Assembly (NCBI GenBank): GCA_023666945.1 | Contig: JAMPAY010000003.1 | Coordinates: 59,200 to 123,199, forward strand | Origin: Paludibacter sp. | GTDB taxonomy: Bacteria > Bacteroidota > Bacteroidia > Bacteroidales > Paludibacteraceae | Direction of reading: 5' to 3' | Length of the DNA: 64,000 bases | In this document: piece after piece, positions 18,500-29,470 of the stretch | How the letters are laid out: every line of letters begins with the position of its first letter | Position numbering within the stretch: position 1 is the first letter of the stretch | Position numbers and translations under genes: made by a program | Notes under the pieces: model-generated | Told to the model about the DNA's origin: nothing | The model's database searches: none | Seen by the model: only the letters and a program-made list of their open reading frames with translations

Positions 18500-20125
18500 T
18501 CAGTTAGCCGATTGTGTGGGGTTAATTTGATTGCCCACCGTAGACATTGCGCAACGGAAACCGATAGTGCTTGAGCACTTATCTTGGTCGAGATAACGAC
18601 GTGTAGACGGATTCAGCCAATAGATACGATCGCGCCACGAACCACCTTTGTAAACACGTGTATTCTTTGTAATTTTGGGAGCAAGAATATCTGTCGGATC
18701 GTGTTTCGGCTCCGTCAGATTCTCTACGGCCACTGTATCCAACGGATAGTCGGTATTGATAAGCGATGCGAAATCACCATCTTTATAATCGCGTTTATCG
18801 TCAGACCCCTTATATTCGACAGCGATAGCACCTATAGAGTCGATAACAAAGGCTTCCACGCTCGTTCCGTCTTCGTAGGTAACCATAGTTTTTTTGGCTC
18901 GTGTATAGATATTACCACGGAAAGAGTTGTATTCGCTTGTTTCTTGGTTCGTAGTTTCACGATAAACATCCATAACCCACTCGTTGACATTACCTGCCAT
19001 GTTGTACAATCCGTAATCGTTCGGATAGTATTCATCAACCGGTGCAGTGATTACATAACGGTCGTTCAATGCTCCGCTAACACCCATCATATCGCCTCGC
19101 CCACGCACAAAGTTGGCTTGCAGCTGCCCCTGCTGTTTAGCAGTGAGGTTGCGCGGATGATAGCCTGACCAAGGATAGACTTTTCCTTCAGTTGTAAATC
19201 CATCTTCTCCTGCAATAGGTGCATAAGCAGCGAACTCCCATTCAGCCTCTGTAGGCAAACGATAGCCCACTACCAAGATTCCATCCGCACGATTCACCTT
19301 ACGCTCATTACCATAACTATCCAATTTAGGGCTTTTTCCCATTTCGGGGGAATAGTCTGCTAAAGTAAGGTATTTTTGCGTATTGAATACGAATTTATCG
19401 CGAATATATTCGTAAGGCGGACGATACATAACGATAGTATTCTCGGGGTCATCGGGATCGGGAACTTCGAATTCGTCCATTTCATAGCCCGTCATAGTTT
19501 CCCATTCGTCTTTGAATGCCTCATCGTCGGTAGGTTGCAATTCTGCGAAAGGCGGATTAACGATTGCTCCCGCACGCACCAACGCCAACTCGTTTACACG
19601 GTCGGTACGCCATTGGCTATATGCCATAGCCTGTTCCCACGTAACTCCCACCACTGGATAGAAACTGAAAGCAGGGTGACGGTAGTAGTTATCCAAATAA
19701 GGCTCGTTGTATGCCATTTCTTCGCGCCATACGAGCGTGTCAGGCAAAACTTTTTTCACCAATTCAGGAGCCACCGGACCAAACACGATGCTCATCCAAT
19801 GTTCATATTCTCTCCAGTTAAGGTTGCTGACCTCGTACTTATCCATATAGAAAGAACTAACGGTGAGATTACGTTGCGAATTATTACGCGGAGCGGTAAC
19901 AAACTCATCTTTTTCACCAATCATAAACGTACCGCCCTGAATAGGAACCATTCCGATAGGTGTCAGATTGGTAACTCCGGCAAGTGCCTCAAAATTGGTT
20001 GTGTTTCGATCATAGTAATTCCACCCCGTAGTATTTGACACTTTGGTGTTCAAATCACGGTTGTTTGAGCATGCGGCGAACAGCACAACTAATGAAAGAA
20101 ATGCGATCTTTGTTGGGTTATTCAT
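18500..20125 (-). CDS. gldJ: GldJ-like lipoprotein (sulfatase-modifying-factor/FGE fold; gliding/T9SS associated)
   Basis: MNNPTKIAFLSLVVLFAACS lipoprotein signal (Met at 20125 preferred over ORF start 20152). GGTFMIGE..., YKGGSWRDRIY...GFRCAMS C-terminal FGE-like motifs. Length ~540 aa is typical of GldJ. Confidence 0.6.
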   Translation of the reverse strand: MNNPTKIAFLSLVVLFAACSNNRDLNTKVSNTTGWNYYDRNTTNFEALAGVTNLTPIGMVPIQGGTFMIGEKDEFVTAPRNNSQRNLTVSSFYMDKYEVSNLNWREYEHWMSIVFGPVAPELVKKVLPDTLVWREEMAYNEPYLDNYYRHPAFSFYPVVGVTWEQAMAYSQWRTDRVNELALVRAGAIVNPPFAELQPTDDEAFKDEWETMTGYEMDEFEVPDPDDPENTIVMYRPPYEYIRDKFVFNTQKYLTLADYSPEMGKSPKLDSYGNERKVNRADGILVVGYRLPTEAEWEFAAYAPIAGEDGFTTEGKVYPWSGYHPRNLTAKQQGQLQANFVRGRGDMMGVSGALNDRYVITAPVDEYYPNDYGLYNMAGNVNEWVMDVYRETTNQETSEYNSFRGNIYTRAKKTMVTYEDGTSVEAFVIDSIGAIAVEYKGSDDKRDYKDGDFASLINTDYPLDTVAVENLTEPKHDPTDILAPKITKNTRVYKGGSWRDRIYWLNPSTRRYLDQDKCSSTIGFRCAMSTVGNQINPTQSAN

Positions 20126-20293
20126 ACTAATACAATTAATTGCAAATGACATTCAGCCCGCAAAGTTACATTTTTTTCTCAACCTTACCAACTTTCTGCA
20201 GAAAATCTTCAAAAAAAAGCGTATTTTCAGTTAATCACGTTCTCTACAGGAAAGGTTTTCAGGCAGTATCGCGAATATATCGGCATTTTTTCG

Positions 20294-20301
20294 TACCTTT
20301 G
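20294..20301 (+). promoter_or_regulatory. -7 promoter box TACCTTTG for folP-cdaA
   Basis: 35 nt upstream of ATG 20336. Confidence 0.45.
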
Positions 20302-20335
20302 TAGTCGGTTTGCATACAAAAACAATCACCCGACA

Positions 20336-21169
20336 ATGTATTCATTAAACTTGAACGGCAAATTATTATCGTTGGAGCATCCCATCGTAATGGGGATTAT
20401 AAATATAACTCCGGACAGTTTTTACGACTCCTGTAAAAGTCTTACAGAACAGGAAGTGACAGATTATGCAGCAAAAGCCTTGGAAGAGGGTGCAACCCTA
20501 TTGGACATAGGCGGCTACTCATCGCGTCCTAATGCGCAAGAAGTAAGTATGGAAGAAGAATGGCGCAGAGTAGATATGGCGGCAGGATGGATAAGAAAAC
20601 ATTTCCCCGATGCCATTTTGTCGGTAGATACATTTCGTGCAGAGATTGCACACCGAGCCGCTTGCAGCCACGGTGTACAAATAATCAACGATATTTCGGG
20701 AGGAGAACTTGACAAAGATATGTTCCGCACCATTGCACAAGAACATACCGCATACATACTCATGCACATGCGAGGTACACCGCAAACCATGCAACAACAT
20801 ACCGACTACACCTGTTTAACCGCTGAAATAATCGATTACTTCCAACAAAAGATAGCAACATTGCATCAACTCGGTGTAGCAGATATCGTCATTGACCCGG
20901 GATTCGGCTTTGCCAAAACATCAGAACAGAACTACGAACTACTGCGCAAACTATCTTATCTGACGATACTTGAGTGTCCCATATTAGCAGGTATTTCGCG
21001 AAAATCGATGATATACAAAGCATTGCATTGTTCCCCACAAGAAGCCCTTAACGGCACGACTGCCCTTCATATGCTCGCTTTACAAAACGGTGCCAACATA
21101 CTAAGAGTGCATGATGTAAAAGCAGCCGTTGAAGCCATCACCCTCTACCAATTATACACCAACGCCTAA
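20336..21169 (+). CDS. folP: Dihydropteroate synthase
   Basis: IMGIINITPDSFYD, DIGGYSSRP, VDTFRAEIA, INDISGG pterin-binding motifs. Confidence 0.85.
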   Translation: MYSLNLNGKLLSLEHPIVMGIINITPDSFYDSCKSLTEQEVTDYAAKALEEGATLLDIGGYSSRPNAQEVSMEEEWRRVDMAAGWIRKHFPDAILSVDTFRAEIAHRAACSHGVQIINDISGGELDKDMFRTIAQEHTAYILMHMRGTPQTMQQHTDYTCLTAEIIDYFQQKIATLHQLGVADIVIDPGFGFAKTSEQNYELLRKLSYLTILECPILAGISRKSMIYKALHCSPQEALNGTTALHMLALQNGANILRVHDVKAAVEAITLYQLYTNA

Positions 21170-21181
21170 TACACGAACGAT

Positions 21182-21952
21182 ATGGGATTTCAAATAAGTT
21201 TCAAAGATATTATAGACATCTTTCTTGTAGCCGTAATTCTTTATGAGATGTTCCGCATTCTCAAACGCTCGGGTGCCGTCAACTTATTTTGGGGCATTTT
21301 AGCCTTTATTATAGCATGGTTTATAGCCTCTTATGTTTTAGCATTAGAACTAACAGGAGCGTTATTCGACCGTATTATAAACGTAGGAGCGTTAGCCCTT
21401 ATCGTTATTTTTCAAGATGAGATTCGTTCATTCTTTGCCCATATAGGTTCGCGTTTCAGTATCAGTTCGTTACACAAAAATCTACACACAGACAAAGTAC
21501 AAGCAGCCATTGAGCACAATGTAAATGAGATAGTAACAGCCTGCCGACACATGGCAAGAACAAAAACGGGGGCTTTAATCGTTATAACGCGCTCTCAAGA
21601 TCTTACCAAATATATAGCCACCGGAGAGAAAATAAACTCTATTATCAGTGCCCGATTAATAGAAAACATATTCTTTAAGAATACACCACTGCACGATGGA
21701 GCACTCTTTATATCGAACGGACGCATTGACAGTGCCGCCTGCATTCTGCCCGTATCTAAAAATCTTCATCTTCCGCAACAATACGGACTACGTCATCGTG
21801 CCGCACTCGGACTCACAGAAATAACCGATGCAGTTGCCATTGTTGTATCGGAAGAAACGGGACACATATCGGTAGCCATTGGCGAAAAAATAAGAACCGT
21901 CAAAAGCGATGAGTTAGAGCAAATACTCTCATTATCGCTCAAAAGTAAATAA
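21182..21952 (+). CDS. cdaA: Diadenylate cyclase CdaA (c-di-AMP synthase)
   Basis: Three N-terminal TM helices, DAC domain motifs DGA(LFI) and RHRAALG. Immediately downstream of folP, as is common. Confidence 0.8.
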   Translation: MGFQISFKDIIDIFLVAVILYEMFRILKRSGAVNLFWGILAFIIAWFIASYVLALELTGALFDRIINVGALALIVIFQDEIRSFFAHIGSRFSISSLHKNLHTDKVQAAIEHNVNEIVTACRHMARTKTGALIVITRSQDLTKYIATGEKINSIISARLIENIFFKNTPLHDGALFISNGRIDSAACILPVSKNLHLPQQYGLRHRAALGLTEITDAVAIVVSEETGHISVAIGEKIRTVKSDELEQILSLSLKSK

Positions 21953-22059
21953 CACCAAACAGATTCACTTAGACATACGTTTAAGAAACGTCCGACGGTT
22001 CGATTAGAATAACATATAGAAGATCCCTACAAAGAAAATAGGGTTCTAAGAAAATACCA

Positions 22060-22965
22060 TCAGTCCTTACAGATTACACAATTTCCCCGTTCCGGCAAAC
22101 GGAAGAGCACTGTAAACTTAACCCCGACCATCAGATTATTCACCGCCTTAGCAGCCACAGAGGTAGACAACACATCGGTCATTTTCATTTGGTTAACGGT
22201 ATTTTCATCAATCACAGGCATGTCCTCTTTCCATGTAAAGGGTTCGGCATAACCACGACGATGAAGATCCAACAACCCATAATCGGCAAAAAGAGACAGT
22301 CGGTAAATGGTTTTGGGATTGGGGACATCGTATCCCGTTCCGCGGGCTATTTCTCCCAAACGCCAACCAATTTCTGCCGATGCCATTACATTGGGATTAA
22401 ACGTAACCTTCCCTTTATTAACGAAAGTGGCATTATCGTAGAAACCATGTTCAGGCATATGCTCAAAAGGATCGATAAATTGAGGGTAATCGCCTTTTGT
22501 ACTAATTTCCGCCTTTACTTTGGAAGCACAATAAGCGCTCAAATCCACCTTTGCCCCCAACAAGAAGAAGAAACGATTAAACTGTCCTCCCAACATCAGC
22601 GGGATTTGTACCGATGTATTGGTGTACATATCTTTTCGGTTATCGGCAGAAACAATATATGTCAACGGATCGGATTCCGTATCTATAGCCTCAAAAGCAT
22701 ATTCAGCGCCACTAAGGTCAAATGCCGAATGAGCCACATTAGCACTCACACCCACCGTAAATAAGAAATGGTTTGCTTGTAATTCGTATCCGAATCCCAC
22801 ACCGGCACCCACTCCCATAGAAGATCCCGATAGTGTTCCCTGAAAATCGGTCAGCAATGACGATTCCCCCAAATCGCCCCACACACTGATATAGTTCTTC
22901 ACCTGTGCCTGTAAAACACACGCACACAGCAACAATCCGATTAAATATACAAAACGCCTTTCCAT
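22060..22965 (-). CDS. Outer-membrane beta-barrel protein (porin/OmpA-like barrel family)
   Basis: Signal peptide (LLLCACVLQAQ). Gly/aromatic-rich alternating strands. Unassigned family. Confidence 0.4.
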   Translation of the reverse strand: MERRFVYLIGLLLCACVLQAQVKNYISVWGDLGESSLLTDFQGTLSGSSMGVGAGVGFGYELQANHFLFTVGVSANVAHSAFDLSGAEYAFEAIDTESDPLTYIVSADNRKDMYTNTSVQIPLMLGGQFNRFFFLLGAKVDLSAYCASKVKAEISTKGDYPQFIDPFEHMPEHGFYDNATFVNKGKVTFNPNVMASAEIGWRLGEIARGTGYDVPNPKTIYRLSLFADYGLLDLHRRGYAEPFTWKEDMPVIDENTVNQMKMTDVLSTSVAAKAVNNLMVGVKFTVLFRLPERGNCVICKD

Positions 22966-23020
22966 CCTTAATTGAGAATTATTCTATTTGCACAATTGCA
23001 AAACTTGCATTACCTTTGCA

Positions 23021-23028
23021 CAAATTTT
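23021..23028 (+). promoter_or_regulatory. -7 promoter box TACCTTTG upstream of metG
   Basis: Consensus match ~120 nt upstream of ATG 23149. Confidence 0.35.
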
Positions 23029-23148
23029 TCAGACCACAAAAATACAACAAATAGTTGATGAGCGCAAACAACTTGTAAAAAATCTGCATTTTCTGCTCAT
23101 TTTTACACCTTTCATCCCCACGCCCACCAACGCAAAACAAGTTGAATT

Positions 23149-25203
23149 ATGAATTACAAACGCACCCTTGTTACTTCCGCCTTACCGTATGCCAATGGTC
23201 CCGTACACATAGGTCACCTTGCGGGAGTTTATGTTCCGGCAGATATTTATGTCAGATACCTTCGTTTGCGCGGTGAGCAAGTCCTTTTTGTAGGTGGTAG
23301 CGATGAGCACGGAGTACCTATCACCATTAAAGCACGCAAAGAAGGCGTTACTCCCCAAGATATTGTTGACCGTTATCATACACTCATCAAAGATTCGTTT
23401 GCCGAATTTGGCATCTCATTTGATGTATATTCGCGTACAACATCTCAACAACATGCACAAACTGCATCCGATTTTTTCAAGACGCTATATAACAAAGGCG
23501 AGTTTATAACCAAAACCTCCCAACAATACTACGACGAGGAAGCGAAAACTTTTCTTGCCGACCGCTATATTACCGGTGAATGTCCACATTGCCATGCCCA
23601 AGGTGCTTATGGTGACCAATGCGAGAAATGCGGTTCATCACTTTCTCCCGATGAACTTATCAACCCCAAATCTGCCATTTCAGGTGGTAATTTGATTAAG
23701 AAAGAAACGACACATTGGTATCTGCCACTTGACAAACACGAAGATTGGCTACGTCAATGGATTCTGGAGGGGCATAAAGAATGGCGTCCGAATGTTTACG
23801 GACAATGCAAATCGTGGCTTGACCAAGGCTTGCAGCCTCGTGCCGTAAGTCGTGACCTTGACTGGGGCATCCCCGTCCCCGTAGAGGGTGCTGCCGGGAA
23901 AGTTCTTTACGTATGGTTCGATGCTCCTATCGGATACATTTCCAACACTCAAGAACTATGTGCTGCACAGCCTGATAAATTCGGCAATTGGGAAACATGG
24001 TGGAAAGACAACGACACACGCCTGATACATTTTATCGGTAAAGACAATATTGTTTTCCATTGTATCATATTCCCTGCAATGCTCAAAGCAGAAGGATCTT
24101 ATATTTTGCCGGACAACGTACCGTCCAACGAATTTCTGAACTTAGAAGGAGACAAAATATCGACATCTCGCAATTGGGCCGTATGGTTGCACGAGTACCT
24201 GCACGATTTTCCGGGCAAACAAGATGTGTTGCGCTATGTGCTTACAGCCAATGCTCCGGAAACCAAAGACAATGATTTCACCTGGGGTGATTTTCAGGCA
24301 CGTAATAACAACGAACTGGTTGCCATTTTCGGTAATTTCATCAACCGCGCCATGGTGTTAACACACAAATACTTTGCAGGGAACGTACCACAATCGGCAG
24401 AACTTACCGAATACGACCGACAAACCATAGCAGAATTCAGCGATATTAAAACACGTGTAGAAGAATATCTCAATAATTTCAGATTCCGCGAAGCGCAAAA
24501 AGAAGCCATGAATCTTGCGCGCATCGGTAACAAATATCTTGCCGATACCGAACCCTGGAAATTAGCGAAAACCGACATGGAGAGAGTAGGCACCATTCTT
24601 AATCTCAGTCTGCAAATTGCAGCCAATTTGAGTATTGCCTTTGAACCTTTCCTACCTTTCTCTGCAGCAAAATTGCGCGATATGCTCAATATCAGCGAAG
24701 CAGGTTGGGAACGCCTCGGTAATACAGACCTACTTGAAGCGGGGCATCGACTCAATCAACCGCAATTACTTTTCGAAAAGATAGAAGATGATGCCATACA
24801 AGCACAATTAGATCGCCTCGCACGCATCAAAAAAGAGAATGAAATAAAAGCCTTCCAACCGGCAGCCATCAAAGCCGCCACTACTATTGATGATTTCGAC
24901 AAAACCGACATCCGTGTCGGTACTGTATTGGAGTGTCAGAAAGTAAAGAAATCGGACAAACTTCTCCAATTCCGCATTGATGACGGTATGGGCGGACGCA
25001 CTATTCTCTCCGGTATTGCACAGAGTTATCCCAATCCTGAAGAATTGGTAGGCAAACAAATATTGTTCATTGCCAATTTCCCGCCACGCAAGATGATGGG
25101 TATAGAGTCGCAAGGTATGATTCTTTCAGCCGTCAATGCCGATGGAAAATTAGTCTTGATTACTCCCAGTAAAACTGTTATCAACGGAGTTTCGGTAGGC
25201 TGA
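23149..25203 (+). CDS. metG: Methionine--tRNA ligase with C-terminal tRNA-binding (EMAP/Trbp111-like) domain
   Basis: [13 protein letters not shown] (HIGH), zinc knuckle CPHC...CEKCG, KISTSR (KMSKS-like), C-terminal ...GMILSA tRNA-binding domain. Confidence 0.9.
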   Translation: MNYKRTLVTSALPYANGPVHIGHLAGVYVPADIYVRYLRLRGEQVLFVGGSDEHGVPITIKARKEGVTPQDIVDRYHTLIKDSFAEFGISFDVYSRTTSQQHAQTASDFFKTLYNKGEFITKTSQQYYDEEAKTFLADRYITGECPHCHAQGAYGDQCEKCGSSLSPDELINPKSAISGGNLIKKETTHWYLPLDKHEDWLRQWILEGHKEWRPNVYGQCKSWLDQGLQPRAVSRDLDWGIPVPVEGAAGKVLYVWFDAPIGYISNTQELCAAQPDKFGNWETWWKDNDTRLIHFIGKDNIVFHCIIFPAMLKAEGSYILPDNVPSNEFLNLEGDKISTSRNWAVWLHEYLHDFPGKQDVLRYVLTANAPETKDNDFTWGDFQARNNNELVAIFGNFINRAMVLTHKYFAGNVPQSAELTEYDRQTIAEFSDIKTRVEEYLNNFRFREAQKEAMNLARIGNKYLADTEPWKLAKTDMERVGTILNLSLQIAANLSIAFEPFLPFSAAKLRDMLNISEAGWERLGNTDLLEAGHRLNQPQLLFEKIEDDAIQAQLDRLARIKKENEIKAFQPAAIKAATTIDDFDKTDIRVGTVLECQKVKKSDKLLQFRIDDGMGGRTILSGIAQSYPNPEELVGKQILFIANFPPRKMMGIESQGMILSAVNADGKLVLITPSKTVINGVSVG

Positions 25204-25248
25204 ACTAAAGAAAAAATGCAAAACATTTGCAAGTATCAAAAACTTGTT

Positions 25249-25256
25249 GTACTTTT
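25249..25256 (+). promoter_or_regulatory. -7 box TACTTTTG upstream of tRNA-Met
   Basis: Consensus match ~120 nt upstream of the tRNA. Confidence 0.3.
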
Positions 25257-25378
25257 GCACCCGCTTTGAAAATATTTTCAGAGTATAATTCCACAGAACT
25301 CGTTTCTTTGGAATCAGAGGAGGAATCGAAAGGTAAGAGAATACTGAAAAAGTAGAATTGCCCAACAGATTCCGACAA

Positions 25379-25452
25379 GGCGGGATAGCTCAGCCGGTTA
25401 GAGCGCATGATTCATAATCATGAGGTCCCCGGTTCAATCCCGGGTCCCGCTA
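25379..25452 (+). tRNA. tRNA with CAT anticodon, elongator type (tRNA-Met; tRNA-Ile2/lysidine not excluded)
   Basis: Hand-folded cloverleaf: acceptor GGCGGGA/TCCCGCT, D arm GCTC-AGCCGGTTAG-AGC, anticodon arm CATGA-TTCATAA-TCATG, T arm CCCGG-TTCAATC-CCGGG. No encoded CCA. Confidence 0.75.
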
Positions 25453-25460
25453 CAAAAAAA

Positions 25461-25500
25461 AAGACGTAGTCTCCGCGAGGAAAGACACGTCTTTTCTTTT
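25461..25500 (+). terminator. Terminator hairpin after tRNA (AAGACGT...ACGTCTT then TTCTTTT)
   Basis: 7-bp outer stem plus inner GTCT/AGAC pairing, followed by T tract. Confidence 0.45.
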
Positions 25501-25711
25501 ATCCATACTTTGACCACCAACACAGCCCATGCAAACCAAAACTTGTCCACGTTGCGGAATTTCTTTCTTGTGCAACCACCAAGACATTGCACACTGCCAA
25601 TGTGCATCGGTTCAACTATCTGCCAACGCCCGCCAATACATACAAACACATTATACCACTTGCCTCTGTTGCAAGTGTTTGCACGAACTCAATCGCATCT
25701 GTCAGTAGAGT

Positions 25712-26005
25712 CTATTCTACCACCAACTGCTGCAAATCGGGGAACTTACTTATGTAAGCCCGTGCAAAAGAACAGAGTGGCCTTATTCTCATATTATTGT
25801 TTTTTGCATAAGTGATCCCTGCCTCTACCAAACGCCTGCCAACACCTTTACCTTCAAAACCCCGAAAAGTCTGTGTGTGATCTATAATCATTATATCGGG
25901 AGATTGACGCACATACGTCATCTCCCCCATCGGACGATACGGTTCTTCTGTTTCAAAAGCTCTAAACAGACCACCCGACTCCGTTTTTACATAACTGATT
26001 TTCAT
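25712..26005 (-). CDS. Small GNAT-family N-acetyltransferase (YjdJ-like)
   Basis: ~97 aa. RGFEGKGVGRRLVEAGITYAKNNNMRIRPLCSFA resembles the acetyl-CoA binding segment of minimal GNATs. Confidence 0.45.
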   Translation of the reverse strand: MKISYVKTESGGLFRAFETEEPYRPMGEMTYVRQSPDIMIIDHTQTFRGFEGKGVGRRLVEAGITYAKNNNMRIRPLCSFARAYISKFPDLQQLVVE

Positions 26006-26110
26006 TTCAAAATTACTTATATTGTCAATTCAAACGCCGGCTATCCACCTTATTATCCATCTACAAATGCCGGGCTACCCATGTATAATCCATACGTTTT
26101 GATAATAACA

Positions 26111-26668
26111 TCAAAACGTATATCTAACCGTTATAGCCAGTGCCCAATCGAACATATTAGCAACAAAGCCGTTCCCGAAAAGCATTCCGTATCCCGGACG
26201 AAAATCCAAACCGATAGTAAGCGGAGCATCGTCCAGCCCAAGTTCCAAGCCAACTATACCATTCAATCCCCATTTTCCATAAGTGCTCGTTCCTGCATAG
26301 CCTTGCGCCAGTCCCAAACTCACACCACCACCGGCAAACCAACTTAAACCACCCCAATCCCAACCATCGATCAACGATTGATATACCATATTGGGATTCG
26401 CCTCAAAAGTCCAATAATTAAAGGCTTCTGTTCCCATTCGATATCCATCCAAACGCAAACTTCCCTGCGTAGCGAGCATGCGGAATCCCAAATCAGCCTG
26501 CACCGCCCACTTATCCGTCAAGAAACGTTTATAACTTACGCCATCAAAACTACCGACCGCCACACCCAACGAGTGCTGATAACTACGCTGCGCTGACATA
26601 GGCATTGCTATCGCCATTAACAAAGCAGCCACTGCAGCCACTTTGCCCATTTGTTTAGATACTTTCAT
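26111..26668 (-). CDS. Small outer-membrane beta-barrel protein
   Basis: Signal peptide, Gly/Trp/Tyr-rich alternating pattern, C-terminal ...TVRYTF terminal Phe typical of OM barrels. Confidence 0.5.
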   Translation of the reverse strand: MKVSKQMGKVAAVAALLMAIAMPMSAQRSYQHSLGVAVGSFDGVSYKRFLTDKWAVQADLGFRMLATQGSLRLDGYRMGTEAFNYWTFEANPNMVYQSLIDGWDWGGLSWFAGGGVSLGLAQGYAGTSTYGKWGLNGIVGLELGLDDAPLTIGLDFRPGYGMLFGNGFVANMFDWALAITVRYTF

Positions 26669-26794
26669 ACTATTCTTTTTTTATATCTGTTACTATTTTC
26701 TTCTACATAAAACGCAGGTGCTTCTGCCTCCACTATTCTCTTACAAAGACCGAACCAATTACGCACTCCAATACGCTACTTTTAGCATCTCTAC

Positions 26795-27376
26795 TCACAA
26801 CTGCCCCGATTCTACAAGTAGGATAATGCGCTCCACTATTTGATCTTTGTCAGCACCGTCATATTCCGCCTTCAAGTCGTTTCCTACCATTTTTGCTACA
26901 GTTTGCCAAAAAGAAGCCGCAAAACCGCCTTTATAAAACTTGATTACCTCATACGATGTCCTGCCACACTCTCTATCCACCAACTTCATGAGCATCTGCC
27001 CTTGTGCTGCCGTCATTTTGCGGAACGAATCTTCATACTGCGCAAACAGCACCTTCTCGTATTGCTTCCAGAACTTGCGTTGTTCTTTGCGATTCATCTT
27101 ACTCATCACTGCATCCGTCTTTTCCATCTCTTTTGTCAGTATCTTTGCTATGGGCAGTGTCTTCTTCACATCACGCACCGTTTTCCAATAGAAACGCTCC
27201 TGCTTCTTGTTCTTAAAACGCATAGGAGGAAATACATACACATCACGCAGATAAGCCAAATATAAGGTATCGCCATTCTGCACCTGCACCAACAGTGAAT
27301 CAGAACGCTCCGCAGCGCCTACCGACAAAGCAAACATCAGACAAAAGAAGACCATATAAAGCAATCGTTTAAGCAT
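26795..27376 (-). CDS. Secreted hypothetical protein (DUF4294-like, Bacteroidetes-restricted)
   Basis: Signal peptide MLKRLLYMVFFCLMFALSVGAA. Basic helical protein. Family assignment from memory only. Confidence 0.3.
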   Translation of the reverse strand: MLKRLLYMVFFCLMFALSVGAAERSDSLLVQVQNGDTLYLAYLRDVYVFPPMRFKNKKQERFYWKTVRDVKKTLPIAKILTKEMEKTDAVMSKMNRKEQRKFWKQYEKVLFAQYEDSFRKMTAAQGQMLMKLVDRECGRTSYEVIKFYKGGFAASFWQTVAKMVGNDLKAEYDGADKDQIVERIILLVESGQL

Positions 27377-27415
27377 CTTTTCCGCAAAGGTACAAATTTT
27401 ATGCCGAAAAAGTAT

Positions 27416-27423
27416 TATCTTTG
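27416..27423 (+). promoter_or_regulatory. -7 promoter box TATCTTTG for cca
   Basis: 18 nt upstream of ATG 27441. Very short spacing, so this may be a leaderless or short-leader transcript. Confidence 0.35.
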
Positions 27424-27440
27424 CAAGCGAATAGACATTT

Positions 27441-28850
27441 ATGATTATCGATTCGGATAAAATAGAGACACCACTCTTTCATCTCATAGGAGAGGAAGCC
27501 GACCGACTCGGGCTGGAATGTTACGTTATAGGCGGTTGGGTGCGTGATTTGTTCTTACATCGGCATAGCAAAGATATTGATGTTGTCGTTGTAGGTAGCG
27601 GCATTTCTCTTGCCAAAGCAGTAGCCAACGCCTTAGGGAAAGGCACACACCTCTCTGTATTCAAAACCTACGGAACCGCACAAGTGAAACAAGGGGATAC
27701 AGAAATAGAGTTTGTAGGAGCACGCCGTGAATCTTATCACCGCGATTCGCGCAACCCCATCGTTGAAGACGGTACCCTTGAAGATGACCAGAACCGACGT
27801 GACTTTACGATTAACGCACTCGCTATCTGTCTTAACAAGGAACGTTATGGAGAACTGCTTGACCCCTTTGACGGTTTGCATGATATGGAAGAATGTATCA
27901 TCCGAACACCACTTGACCCCGACATCACGTTTTCCGATGACCCGCTCCGCATGATGCGCGGTATTCGTTTTGCATCTCAATTGGGATTCTACCTAAACCT
28001 TACCACTTTCGAGGCCATAGAGCGCAACCGCGAACGCATACAAATCATCACCAAAGAACGTATTGCGGACGAACTTAACAAGATAATGTTATCACGCCGC
28101 CCGTCCGTAGGTTGGCAATTATTAGACAAGACCGGATTGCTTCCAATCATCTTCCCCGAACTGGCTGCACTAAAAGGAGTAGAAACCAAAGACGGACGCG
28201 GGCATAAAGATATTTTCCAACACACCTTACTGGTGCTTGACCACTTGGCAGCCACTTCCGACAATCTATGGCTACGCTGGGCGGCACTATTGCACGACAT
28301 CGGGAAACCACGCTCCAAACGTTGGGAACCTGCTATCGGTTGGACATTCCACAATCACAACTACATAGGAGCAAAAATGATACCGCGCATCTTCGCGAAG
28401 ATGAAACTGCCACAAAACGAGAAGATGAAGTACGTCATCAAAATGGTAGACCTTCATATGCGCCCTATCAACCTGATCGAAGATACGGTTACCGACTCCG
28501 CTGTACGCCGACTGCTCTTTGAGGCAGGTGATGACATCGAAGACTTAATGCTACTCTGCGATGCCGATATCACATCGAAAAACGAAGAGAAAGTACGACG
28601 TTATCGACAGAACTACCAATTAGTACGGCAAAAACTGAAAGAGATAGAGGAAAAAGACCGCATCCGCAATTTCCAACCACCTATACGAGGCGAAGAAATT
28701 ATGCAACTGCTCAATCTGCAGCCTTGCCAAGCAGTGGGTGACTTGAAGACTGCCGTGAAAGACGCTATTCTTGATGGTATCATTCCGAACGAATATGAAG
28801 CAGCAAAAGCCTACCTCCTGCAATTGGCAGGAAGGCAAGGCTTAATCTGA
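27441..28850 (+). CDS. cca: CCA-adding tRNA nucleotidyltransferase / poly(A) polymerase family with HD domain
   Basis: GGWVRD..DID.. head domain. RRDFTINALA. HD domain HDIGK...HNHNYIGA. Confidence 0.8.
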   Translation: MIIDSDKIETPLFHLIGEEADRLGLECYVIGGWVRDLFLHRHSKDIDVVVVGSGISLAKAVANALGKGTHLSVFKTYGTAQVKQGDTEIEFVGARRESYHRDSRNPIVEDGTLEDDQNRRDFTINALAICLNKERYGELLDPFDGLHDMEECIIRTPLDPDITFSDDPLRMMRGIRFASQLGFYLNLTTFEAIERNRERIQIITKERIADELNKIMLSRRPSVGWQLLDKTGLLPIIFPELAALKGVETKDGRGHKDIFQHTLLVLDHLAATSDNLWLRWAALLHDIGKPRSKRWEPAIGWTFHNHNYIGAKMIPRIFAKMKLPQNEKMKYVIKMVDLHMRPINLIEDTVTDSAVRRLLFEAGDDIEDLMLLCDADITSKNEEKVRRYRQNYQLVRQKLKEIEEKDRIRNFQPPIRGEEIMQLLNLQPCQAVGDLKTAVKDAILDGIIPNEYEAAKAYLLQLAGRQGLI

Positions 28851-28872
28851 ACTTTGCGATGGTTTTCTATTG

Positions 28873-29262
28873 TTATTTCCTGTGCAGATGTGCTGCCAAC
28901 TCATCCCTGAATGCAAGCGGATTATCGCACAAGATGTACACTTCTTCGCGCTTTTTGCCCGACTTAGGCAGTAACACCACTCTGCCCCATGGGGCAAATT
29001 TATCCACCTTTACATCCTTAAAATCAGTCCAATAGAAGACTCTTCCAAAAGGATATTGCCCCGTCCGTACTTTTATAGTGTCTTCCGTCAGTTCATATCT
29101 GCAAGCAAGCACATCATATAAAAGGAACAACCATGGCAGGACCAGTAGGAACAACAGCCAATGCCGCATCCATATAATAACACCGGAAATAACCAACGTT
29201 ATTAACACAAGTACAAAGGCACTCCAAAAACGTACCTTACGAGATAAAGTGTAGTTTTTCAT
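28873..29262 (-). CDS. Bacterial PH-domain membrane protein (bPH_2/YdbS-like)
   Basis: Two N-terminal TM helices, then a ~80-aa region of the YdbS type. Confidence 0.45.
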   Translation of the reverse strand: MKNYTLSRKVRFWSAFVLVLITLVISGVIIWMRHWLLFLLVLPWLFLLYDVLACRYELTEDTIKVRTGQYPFGRVFYWTDFKDVKVDKFAPWGRVVLLPKSGKKREEVYILCDNPLAFRDELAAHLHRK

Positions 29263-29433
29263 GGCAATATATATTATCTACAAAATACACTTTTTTTACT
29301 CTTTTATACAAATTTTCAATATGAGATAATACCTTTATCATAGTATCTAACAATACAATAAAAATCAATGATTTATGAATTTTATTTAGAAGTTCAATGT
29401 GATATAATCAAAAAACTCTCCGTCTTATTACGC

Positions 29434-29441
29434 TTTTTTAT
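29434..29441 (+). promoter_or_regulatory. -7 promoter box TACCTTTG for the split LuxR-type gene
   Basis: 30 nt upstream of ATG 29471. Confidence 0.4.
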
Positions 29442-29470
29442 GTACCTTTGTAAATAAAATACTTATATCC

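Noticed and set aside
18500-20152. Longer start for the gldJ-like gene (MSFAINCISMNNPTK...)
   Set aside because: The internal Met at 20125 gives a canonical lipoprotein signal peptide. The extension adds an atypical n-region.
25379-25452. tRNA genes as integration hot-spots for a mobile element
   Set aside because: No integrase, direct repeat of the tRNA 3' end, or foreign-looking gene block follows either tRNA.
25420-25815. ORFs overlapping the tRNA (25420..25815 +, 25434..25649 -)
   Set aside because: They span a tRNA gene and its terminator. No promoter box or protein-like composition.
29263-29470. Possible invertible-promoter inverted repeats flanking the LuxR-gene promoter (TTTTATACAAA ... 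TTTGTAAATAAAA)
   Set aside because: The match is short and imperfect and AT-rich. No site-specific recombinase gene is nearby. Probably chance.
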